NCBI GenBank assembly: GCA_031835245.2
Contig: JAVKOQ020000022.1
Coordinates: forward strand, 248,001 to 312,000
Direction: 5' to 3'
DNA from: Balamuthia mandrillaris
Taxonomy: Eukaryota
DNA: 64,000 nucleotides
Of the stretch, positions 28,418-38,789 are shown one piece after another. The position numbers and the translations under genes were made by a program. The notes under the pieces were generated by a model. That model saw only the letters and a program-made list of their open reading frames with translations. It had not been told where the DNA came from and did not search any database. How positions within the stretch are numbered: position 1 is the stretch's first letter; every line of letters begins with the position of its first letter.

Positions 28418-29726
28418 ATGGAGGCAGGCGAACGGCCCTCTGTGCGGAGCCTCTTCGGCTGCCAGAATGGCCGACGTCACAGGGCCAGACGGAAAGCGTG
28501 GGCAAAGACCTGCCTGTGGGGCGCCGTGGTCTTTGCGATTTTGTATCTTACGGCCTTGTCTTTTGGGCCCTGGCCGATGTCCAGAGGCCATGGGGACGGC
28601 GGTTGGTCCTGGCCCCGCCTTAGTTGGAGCGAGCTTCGAAGGTGGAACAAAGAGCTGCGAGAGCAAGTCAAGGTGCTGGCGCCCCCTGTGAGAGACACAC
28701 ATTGGAAGGAGCGGGTCGAAGAGATGCTGTCGTCGTGTAAAGAGGAGTTGAATAACACGGCGGACGCATTTCAGCAACCTCCTCCTTTTCCAAAAGCCGT
28801 GCTTGGGTTGGATGCGGCCGTTTACTTTCTGCACATTGAAAAGTGTGGAGGTTCCACCGTATGGGAGTTCGTTAGAAGGAACATGAGGCCACGCTCCGTG
28901 AACTTGCGATTCAGGGAACAAACGGGAGGGTTTCGGATGGGCTGGAACGACGCCGTTTCTCTAGCTCAACAGCCAGGTATGCTGGAGCAGGCTCAGGTAA
29001 CTGGACTAGACTCCTTACTTGTAAAATGAGTCTGAACCTAACCATCAAATAGAAACTATTTGCGTCTTACAACGTCATTGTGGGTCATTATGTCTTTGGT
29101 ATCCACGAGGTTACTCCCCAGAGACCCTACTTTTACTGCACGCTCCTTCGGGATCCCTTTGACCGGCTCATCTCTCAATACAACTTTTGGAGGAAGCTTT
29201 ACGGAGACAAACATGGTAAGGACCTTGTGGACTTTATGACCAACACGACGTTACGGTCGGCTCGTCATAAAGACAATCTTCAGACCAGGGTTCTATGCGG
29301 CAGGGAGGCTTACCAGGTACCTCGTGGAAACCTTACATATAACCACCTCCACTGTGCGATGCGACACCTGAGGGATTTCTTCACCGTGGTGGGTACCGTG
29401 GAGCGCTATGCTGAAACCTTACAATTGCTCTCGGCTCACTTTGGGTGGACGAAGGGGTTGGAACTGGCGGATCAACCAAGAAATCCAACAGGTACCCGCC
29501 CTATATCCCTCTTCATCAACTCTATTCCTTCCCTATCTTCGCTTCTTGAGCTCCTTCTGAGGTCATCGTATCACAAACAGGGGTTCATGTGGGCCAGAAG
29601 AGTATACAACCGGAAGCGGTACGGCGAGCGGCGCAACCGCTCATTAAGTATGACGAGATTCTCTATCGCTACGGAGAGTGTTTGATGGAAAGACAGGTCA
29701 GAGGGATGAAGGCTAGAGGCCTGTGA
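28418..29726 (+). CDS. Type II membrane sulfotransferase (Sulfotransfer_2/Gal3ST-like), tandem copy 1
   Basis: N-terminal TM helix; 5'-PAPS motif YFLHIEKCGGST; 3'-PAPS motif TLLRDPFDRLISQY; two introns; ends MKARGL*. Confidence 0.85.
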
Positions 29727-29983
29727 TCCTTGTAACGAGCGGACTCAAGTCCCGCCAAGGCAAGGTAGGCCTGCGAAGAAACATGGGAGCCGCACTTACA
29801 ACTGCAGATAAGCAAGAAACTTGGACAAGAATGAAAGAAAAAATGCCTCTATCTTTTTTCCATTGTTTACATTATCGTCGACCTTTTTACCTAAAACGGT
29901 CAATTATTGTTGATAAAATATCGCGACTGTTGGCCCAACAACCAACCCACAAAGAAAGAAAGCAAAGAAAGGAAGTCTGAACG

Positions 29984-32412
29984 ATGACAGCGCGGGCGCG
30001 TCGGCGGCCTAACGCGCTGGCCTTGTACTTTGCTTTCATCATGGTGGTGGGTTCCGGGTTGACGTTGTACTATTTATTCCTCTCGCCCGTTGGCTTCTTT
30101 CCCGAGCTTTCCAATCGGTTTTGGAACTTCAGTCTCAACAAGATGAGTTGGGAAGAGTTGAGCCAACGCAATATCAACCTTCAACAGTTTCTGCAAAACA
30201 TGAAACCTTCCATCGATGACCGGCTTTGGCAGCTGGAGGTGGAGAACATGTTGTCCACGTGCGAAAAGGCCATGAACAACACTGCAGATGCCTTTAGACA
30301 AACAGTTCCCGATGTGGAAGCGATCGGTCGTCTGAATGCCGCTATCTACTTTCTTCACATCGAAAAATGTGGAGGATCCACCTTGTGGGAGTTTGTGAAG
30401 AGGAACAACCAGAAGAGCGCCGTAAACGTGAGGTTTGGGGATCAGTTAGGAGGGTTTGAGCTGAAATGGAACGACTCCGTTTCACTTGCTGAACGACCCG
30501 AACTGTTGAAACAAGCACAGGTTACATACCCCGCTTTTTTCATGTTCTCGTCTATCCTGTTCACATCGTTTTTGTTTGTCCACTACTCTTACCATCGTTG
30601 TTGCTTCGCAAAAGCACATATTTTCTTCACACAAAGTGATCGTGGGCCATTACGTGCATGGTGTGCACAAGATCACCCCGGAGAGACCATTCCTTTACTT
30701 CACCGTGCTTCGCAACCCTTTTGACCGTCTGATCTCTCAATTCGACTGGTGGAAACGTCTTTATGGGGACAAACATGGTCGTGATATCTATGATTTTCTT
30801 AGCAACTCTACAAACAAGGTTCTCTCTCCCTGCTCGTTTGCTTCTCTTCTTTTTTATTACTACTTTAAAACCCTTCTATTTAAATTGTATTCTCTTTCAA
30901 ATGGCCGTGAAGCGAAGGCACAAAGACAACCTCCAAACGAGAGTGTTGTGCGGAAGAGAAGCATACTTTGTTCCACGCGGCAATCTTACCTACGGACATC
31001 TCCTTTGTGCAATGGAACATTTGAGGGAACAGTACACGGTGGTAGGAACTGTGGAACGGTTCGAAGACACTATCCACCTTCTGACGCAACACTTTGGTTG
31101 GACTAAAGCCACCGAGCTTGCTTTTGATCCTAAAAACTTGAATGGTATCTATCTCCTTCTGGTGCACCATAGTATCGGTCTCCTGTTCTAGTTGTTGCCT
31201 TTGGGCATCATTTATTAGCATCTCAGTGACAGGATTTCTTGCCCTATAGGAAAACATCAAGACCAGAAAGGCATCCAACCGGATGACGTTTGGGAGCAGG
31301 CGCAACCGCTCATTAAGTACGACGAGATTCTCTATCGTTACGGACGCTGTCTGTTCGAGAGAAACATTAGGGGGCTCAGGGCAAGAGGAATGTGGCATCC
31401 TCCACGTGAAAGATTACAACAGGAACGCGAGGGGTGGGATAAAATGGATGAGGGAGTACAACTACTATACAGTCTTCATAAAGATGAACAGGAAGGGCAA
31501 GGTGAGGTCATAGTGCCAGAGAACTCTGTGAGGCCGGTATCAGATGCCGAGAAGAAGGGGGAGCGTGAGGAAATAGGGGGAGGAGAAGAGGAACACGAAG
31601 AAGAAACAGAGCGGAGGCTAGAGGAATATACTGGGGAAGAAGAGTATGAGAATGATATAAACAACGAGCACCATAAGGTACAGAACCTGGAGAATGAAGT
31701 CGCCAAAGTGGAAACTGAAGATCAGGCCAGCTTGACTAACCTTTGGAGAGCAGCACCTGGGGAAGAGAAATACCAACAAGAAGGAGCAGAAGGAAGAGAG
31801 CATAATACTAAACAGGAAGGAAGAGAAGCACTACAGGACGGTTTACGCACACAAGAACAAGAAGTAACGGGAGACCAAGGAAATGAGGACGGAGTTCCAC
31901 CAGCAGATCTTGGACAAATATATGAGGATGAAGAAAATGAGGAAACAGACGAGGAAGGAGAAGGAGAAGAACAAGAAGAACAACCAGAAGAATGGGAAAA
32001 GGAAAGAGTGGCTCCAGAAAAACAAGAACTCGCTCCATATCTACACGAAGAAGTCGACGACAGAGAACCTTACCAAGTTAAAACCAACAGGGAGGAGTTC
32101 GATAAGGAATGGGAAACGCGGGTTGAGGGACAGGAGAGAAACGAACGAACAGGTGTAGACGACAACGAATTCGATGAAACAGAAGAAGAAGTACTTTCAC
32201 AACTACAAGATCCGAAACCACAAGAACAACAGTTGACCTTCGAAGATCAGGAAGCAAGGGAAATCAGAGAAGCTCACCTGCAACTGCAACGGTTGCTTCA
32301 GCGTCAACAACAAGAAAAACAACGAAACTCTGCTTTGGGGAAAGAGGAGCGGGGGGAAAGGAAGGAAGAGATCCGACACGGGGGTGAAGGAACAGCACTG
32401 ATCCACCGATAG
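29984..32412 (+). CDS. Type II membrane sulfotransferase, tandem copy 2, with long acidic C-terminal tail
   Basis: Paralog of copy 1 (YFLHIEKCGGST, VLRNPFDRLISQF, HKDNLQTRVLCG). Three introns. The last exon runs on into the Glu-rich ORF 31390-32412. Confidence 0.85.
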
Positions 32413-32822
32413 AGTTCTTGCATCTGTTTTCTTATTGTAAAGATCTTTGGAGGGTCCAGCTGTGTTTTGGTGGACACTTTGCTTTGGTTTATGTGCATTG
32501 TTATAGAACCCGCTGTGAGATGAGACATCACCCAACGGATCGCAGGGATCACTTCTTTCAAAACGCCAATCAAAAATCAAATTTTCTAAATTTTTTACCT
32601 AAAAAGGGTTGTTGCCGATTGGCAAAACTACCAATCGCAACGTTGGTGGTGCAGGAAATAAAAATTCACGGGAAAAACGATGGGAGGAGTCCAAGAAGAA
32701 AGAATGGAAAAGAAAGCACTTGAACTCAGAGATAAAAAATGGGTTGCTCGTGTGGATGGCTATCAGACTAGAAGAAAGACAGCTTTAAAAAAAAAGAGAG
32801 AGAGAAATTTTCAAGAGAAAGG

Positions 32823-33986
32823 ATGGACTATAAGTGGCGCTTGGCTTGGCTGTTGCCTCTCTGCCTGTTGGTGGTGATGATTCCATTTTGTCATGGTCTG
32901 ACTGCAAGCGCTTCTTCCTTTTTTGTTTGTAGACTTACCCAAACACGAACGAAAATCAAAAAGCTCTCACCAGGTCCTATCAAAACTGCATTGAACTGAG
33001 GCAGGAGGATGAGCACGGAATGACGATGAGGCTTCAGTGGACCATTCGAGAGGAAGGCAGCAACAGCGGTAACGGTAGCTCGGACGACAGGATCATCGAA
33101 CTGGCCTTGGAGTCCTCTGCAACGGGGTGGTCTGCCATTGGCCTCTCTGCAGACGGCACCATGACCAGCTCAGGCAGGGGCTCCGATGTCATGTTGGGAT
33201 GGATCAGCGACCCTATCGTCATGGAGGAAGGCGACACCTCCGCTCAAGGGCCAGCAAACCGACAGGAGGAGGACTGTTCATCCGGTTGTTTGCACGATTA
33301 TTGGGTGGAGAGAAAGTTTCCTTCTCCACCGGTGATGATGGATGAGCAATGGGGAGAAGGAGGGCGAGCCGATCTCCTGCTGGTGGCTGCAGAGGAGGCG
33401 GACGGCATGACTAGCTTCGAGTGGGATAGAGCGTTGGACACCGGGGACACAGTGGCAGACCGGGTCATTGATCCTTCCGTTGAAACGTTTGGTAAGAGTT
33501 TGTTGTTTCATGAGCATAGGCCAAACATCATTAACTCTTAGCCTCTCCTTCATTATGCTTCGGCTTGATCCTGCAAGTTATTTTCGCGGCCCACCGTGAA
33601 GTAAAACCAGAGAGCAGCACGTTGTTCCGTCGACATACGAGGTCAACGAATTCACGTGTGTCAATACAATTCGATCAAAGCTGTTCGTTTTCTTCATCTT
33701 CTTCTTCAGCTTGTTCCTCTCCTGCTTCTTTATCTACTTGGTTGGTTGGCCACTAAAAGGTTGCTTTGCTTGTTTAACAGACAAGTGCCCAGGAATAGGA
33801 GATGATTCGTTATCTGGTGATTCGACTTCTGCATCGTCTTTGGCCTTGGATCCCTTACCCTCCGACGATACCTCCACCCCTTGGTCATCTCCATCCTCGT
33901 CAGCTTCATCCGGGTCTACTTTCGATGACTCTATCTCTTCATCTTCTTCTTATCGAGATCACTACCTCTTGCGTTTTATCTGTTAA
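32823..33986 (+). CDS. Secreted DOMON-domain protein
   Basis: Signal peptide MDYKWRLAWLLPLCLLVVMIPFCH. DOMON motifs LQW, GWSAIGLS..M..SDVMLGW, DYW, RALDTGD, VIFA..H, followed by a Ser-rich tail. 3' end uncertain. Confidence 0.75.
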
Positions 33987-34274
33987 CTGAACACCAATAA
34001 AGAACAATGTCGGAAGGCGCCCAAGTGTTTCGTATCACAGACCAAGGAGTTCTTGTTGATGCGAAGACTCAAGATGAGATAAACCCAGACAACGGGAAAC
34101 AGCAGGGCTGTTTTGTAGGGTTTGTGGTGGCGTTAATGCTTTTTTTAAAAAATAAAGGTGTAACGCATTACAGCACGGAGATCAAAGGTTCATTTATCGG
34201 TCTTATTTTAGAAGAAGAAAGGGCAATGTTATCCCGATGGCGTCGCTCCCGTAAAAGTGCAGGGAAGGCGGTAG

Positions 34275-35013
34275 ATGATGGTGCATCCCACCAAGCGGTC
34301 ACCAAACCTAAGCCTTGAGTGTTTGTTGTTTTTTTTTTTGTTCCTTAGCGCTCTCTCCATTTCTTTTTGTTTTCCTTACCCTGTCGCTTGTTAATCAAGG
34401 TTTCTCGTGGTAGTTCTTGGAGGGTCTGCTCCTGGCAAAACATGTTTGTGCGAACGTTTTGTGGTTTTTATCCTCTTCTCTTCTCTCCTCTCTCTCTTGT
34501 GGCCTCTCTCGCCCATTTGTGTTTTGTAAAAAAAGAGAGGAGAGTTTATAGCAGGCTATTCAGATGCGGGCACAAACCTTTGGCATAAGACATACAAGCA
34601 CCAGCTCTTTCGTTTGTTGACAAGCGGTTCGCTTGTCCCTTCCTTTCTTCTCTTTGCTCCTCTCGTTCTATGGCCGCTTCTCTTTCAAACACTAACCATG
34701 GAGGCAACAACAACATCAACAAAAAGCTGGACACGAACGTTTTCTGCCTATCGTTCGCTCGCACTATCCTCGAGCGGCAGCGGTCATTGTTGTCTACGAG
34801 GTAACGGACCATCGGACTTTTGACTGCGCCAAAGAGCGTTGGAACGACTACAAAGCAAACACTGTAACACCGAACGGAGCAACTATGGATAACAGCCCAC
34901 CTGTGCCGGCGATGTTGCTGGGAAACAAGAAAGACTTGGAAGAAAGAAGGAAGGTATCGACGGAGGAGGCAAAGGCCTATGCTGAGGAAGTTTTCAGTTC
35001 ACTTAACAAGTAA
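34275..35013 (+). CDS. Atypical Ras/Rab-like small GTPase (degenerate G2/G3, no G5 or prenylation motif)
   Basis: Spliced reading FLVVVLGGSAPGKTCLCERFV-RGEFIAGY..LLTS-AGHERFLPIVRSHYPRAAAVIVVYEVTD..LLGNKKDLEERRKVSTEEA. The start is uncertain; upstream ORF 34007-34318 may contribute exons. Confidence 0.65.
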
Positions 35014-35121
35014 ACACAAACAGCAAGAAGTGTATCACAGAGACTTGAAGTCACGAAACGTAGTTGTTGTCTCTTTGGAGCGGAGCGGCGCTACTTTTAC
35101 TTCTTCTTTACTTCTCCTCCG

Positions 35122-36288
35122 TCAGTAGAAGAATGAGAAGGAAGAGGTTGTAGAAGAAGAGGAAGAGGACGAGGAAGTAGAAGAAGACGAAGAAGGCAAG
35201 GAGGCAGCGGCTACATCTTGAAAGGCGTAATGCAATAAGCGAGGGTATTGCTTGCAAGAACATTCTTGATATTTGTGACCTCTAAGTTGTTCTACAAAAC
35301 GCCATCCCTGTTATTTATTGTTTGGTTGTTAGCTTTTGTGTCAATAAACACGACTGAAAGAAACAACAACACAGAAATGGTAATAAGATCGAAAGCATAC
35401 ATCTTGATAAGTCAACGAGGCGAGTGGTTCTGGCTGTTCTCTCAGGTCTCGTTTGGTACCGAGCACCAAAATGGGCCGCTTGTTCTTTTCTTCATCCAAT
35501 GCAGCACATGTCGTCAGTTCTTCCAGCCAATCCTTGGAAGTCTTCTCGTCTAAAGGCTGATCGATAGCCAAACAAAGCAGAAATACATCAACAAGACTGT
35601 AACTCTTCGCTCGCTGCTCTCTTGATGCGCTTCCTATAGCGTTAAATAAGGGTTAAACAATGAAACGAACCGAAAACTAAAACAAAGAAAAATAAAGAAA
35701 CCATTTGTATCTATAAGCTGCAAGCTAAAAAAGTGTCCATTTGCGACTATCTTTAAATGCAAGGTTGAGAAGAGGGAAGCAGAGAGAAGGAGAGAATAGA
35801 AAAGAACGGCGAGGCTCCACCTTGAATATCCTGGGAGAGAGCACAGGACGAATGGGAGAAACAAAGCTGTTGGTTTCCAAGGCAGCAATCACAGTGGACT
35901 TGCCAGAGGAAGGCGGCCCCACGATGGCCACTTTCAGAGCGTGACGACAATAGTTGGTGCAGCAGCCAACGGGTCGTCTCTCGGAGAAGATTACGTTCTT
36001 GTAGGCCGCTTTCCAGTGAGACTTCACCACAACGTCTCCTTTCCACCGCTTCATCACAAACTTTTCCCACAAAGAATCTTTTTTGAGCCACAAGAAAAGA
36101 GAAAAGTTAAAAATCAATCTATCAAATGCGTCTTGAGTGTGTATTTATAATCACAAACCTTCTGTGGTAAGATCGAGGAAACGTCTGTTCATGCAGGCCA
36201 AGTTGCATAGGTCCTTCTCTTGCAAGTAGCACAAGACGTTCAACACGATTTCATCTGGCAATAAAGAGAACAGATCTTCGTCTTCCAT
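35122..36288 (-). CDS. F-box + Rho/Ras-like GTPase fusion protein
   Basis: F-box LLPDEIVLNVLCYLQEKDLCNLACMNRRF..DSLW. G1 VGPPSSGKST, G3 LIDTNG, G4 VLGTKRDL, G5 YQECSCK. Confidence 0.85.
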
Positions 36289-36380
36289 CTCTTTCTTCCT
36301 TGCTTTCTTGGTTCTATTGTCGACAGAAAAGCTTATAAGAAAGAGAAAAGTGAGAGGAGTTTTGTTCTTACCTTGGAGGG

Positions 36381-38351
36381 CTACGAAGAAGAAAAGAAGC
36401 CCAGACCAGCCCTGGAGGAAGTGGCATCCGGGTCCAATGGCGTCTTAATGCCGCTCTTGCTCTTTCCGAGCCCCTCCCCCGCCTTCCACCCCATCCGCTC
36501 CAACATGGCATAGCCTTTGCTTTCCTCCTTCGTTAAGGCAGAGTCCTTGTCTCGCTTTACTGTGCCGTGAAGATGAGGCGTCCGAGGAACGTACTTCAAG
36601 TACTCTTCTGGGAGTTGATGTTGTGCATCGCCGTCGTTCATGCTTTGGTTGACGATATACTGGTTGAACTCTTTTGCTTCGCTCTTGTCAAAACGAATGG
36701 TACTCTTCGTTTGCGTTTGCTTCTGTTGCAGTTGCTTTAGCGTTTTGCTTCGTTCCAGTTTTTCTTCCTTGGTAAGGGCAGTAAGCTGTCTTCGTCGTTT
36801 GTGTTGCAGTTGTTGCTCTTTCCATCGAACCAAAGGTTGAAAGACCGGATGTTCCAAGTTTGGTTTAAACTGTTTTTCTAGAACGGAAGGTTGAGGTGAT
36901 GGTGAAGCAAGCTCGTCTTTCACGCCTTCTTCGTTCGTTCCCTTCTTTTCAGCTTCTGCTTCTTGTTCGTTGCTTTCGGCAACAGAAACGACGATGCGGT
37001 ATCCACCGATAAGAATGTCATCTCCTCGTTTGAGGTACTGTTTGGCTTCTTCAACACCCAGATCTCCACCATCGTTGGTGGTTTCGCTTTCAGCCTGTGG
37101 TTGCAATCGAACTCCATTCAAGTACGTTCCATTCTTACTATTGTAAAAGGTTCACTTAACAAAAACCAAGATGAAAGCAAAGATGAAACAAACCTTCTCA
37201 AGTCAGTTATCCAGAAGAATGTTTGCCAATACATTTGTTGCCATTGAAGGACAGCATGATGCTTGCTGACCTCTTCATCGTCCGCCAAAACTATGTCGTT
37301 GGTTCGAGACCTGCCTATACTAAGCTGGTGGAGCGGTGCAGTTGCTGATGCTGTATTTTCGGTTGGGCTTCGCCATGCACAAGACGAAGAGCGTTGCTTT
37401 CTCTTTCTCCCTTTCTTGTTCTCTTCTAGTCCTTCTTCTCCAGTGACCGCAGATGAGTCCGACAAGGAAGAGGAGAGCGGAAAGCGTGCAAGGGGAGGGT
37501 TGTCCTCTTCGCCAATGCGAAACAATTGCAACACATAGTTGCCATCGTTGTTGGCGGTGCCGCCTTCACCGTGCTGTCTCTGTTTTATCTTGTGATACGT
37601 GCGAGTGGCTGCATTGTGGTGGTATTCCAGTATTGGATACTTGGACAAGTCCTGATACAGATCTAGCGGTACTCTTGTCAGTTGGGTTTTTACAACATAA
37701 ACTCTCGCTCTCTCTCTCTCTCTCTCTGTGCGTTTGCTTCCCTCTGCTCTTCTGCTCTTTCTCGTTGATTCTTTGCTTCACTCTATCCTCCTTTCCTCTT
37801 CTTTCTGCTCTTATCGGCAAAGATAAAAGGGACAAACCAGAGGAAGGGTCGTAGTAGAGGCCAGTCTTCTGGTCATAATAAGTGCCACTGGTTTCATCGT
37901 AGCAGAACGAGCATGGTGCTTCTTCTTCATCTTCCTTCTCCTCTCCCACGCGCGTGCCACTGGTTGCTTGCCCAAACGCTTCTCCCTGCTCCACCACTTC
38001 CAGAAAGGCCCAGTGTTTGGCACTCCAGTGGAAGGCAAGGCTTCCTTTGGCATGGAAGCGGAGGTACAAGTTGGACGGCTTATGGAGGTAAAGACCGCTT
38101 CCGCTGTGGTATACACACTGCTCTTCTTCCTCTTCCTCCTCCGCTTCTTCGTCTCCTTGTCGTTGTTGTTGGTGTTGCTGTTCAGTTTCAACTATCTCCC
38201 CTTCTTCGGGTTCCTCTGGTGTTGGGGTTGGCTGCTGGCGCTGAAGCATGCTGCCACAAGTAGCAAAAGAGTAGCAGAGGCCGAGGCTGCTTCGTTCTTG
38301 CCTCGCGACGTCCTGAACTTGCTTTTCGATTTTATTTGTGTCGACGTACAT
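36381..38351 (-). CDS. AGGF1: AGGF1-like protein (OCRE + FHA + G-patch)
   Basis: OCRE FCYDETSGTYYDQKTGLYYDPSS. FHA IGRSRTNDIVLADDEEVSKHHA..ITDL..NGT..NG..LKRGDDILIG. G-patch SKGYAMLERMGWKAGEGLGKSKSGIKTPL..RAGLG. Start codon uncertain. Confidence 0.8.
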
Positions 38352-38604
38352 CTATTCGATTTTGGATTGGCGCTCAACAGAAGGGCATGGAGGAAGAAGA
38401 AGATGTTGGTGAGACTACTTTAGAACAAGGAAAGCTTTGGTGGGAGTTGTTGTGTTGCAGCCACGCCTGCCTTGCCCGCCCTTATCGGCTGTTCACCTCC
38501 GGTGGCCCTGCCGCTGCTTCATTCTTTTCTTACCCCCCTTTTTTTCACCCATCCAAATTTTGTTGTGCGAAATAAATTTGATCTGTCTACAATTAATAAA
38601 ACAC

Positions 38605-38616
38605 TTTCCCGCCAAA
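38605..38616. promoter_or_regulatory. E2F-type site in the divergent AGGF1/GCNA intergenic region
   Basis: TTTCCCGCCAAA matches the TTTSSCGC consensus. Confidence 0.45.
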
Positions 38617-38789
38617 AAAAAAAAACGCAGCAGCCGTCCAACGGATCATGCATGTACACCCGTGGCAAAGTACGAAATAACAAACACACACGCCACACGC
38701 AGACGCACAGGGAGCGGTCTCTTTGGGGGAGAAGCGAGCGGAGGAGTGGGGGGCTTTTTTTTTTCCCTCACAAAAAACACAGCAACGAT

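Noticed and set aside
28996..30640. Apparent non-AG splice acceptors before V-I-V-G-H-Y in both sulfotransferases
   Set aside because: Canonical in-frame AG acceptors lie 21 nt upstream in both copies (giving KLFASYN and HIFSSHK).
35035..35124. Possible stop readthrough (TGA-CGG followed by 28 open codons) in the F-box GTPase
   Set aside because: An open stretch this short is expected by chance, and the extension adds no CAAX or PTS1.
38472..38789. N-terminal ~106 aa of the 1377-aa ORF
   Set aside because: It begins at a non-ATG codon in promoter or UTR-like sequence; the first plausible start is ATG 38790, and the ORF also reads through introns.
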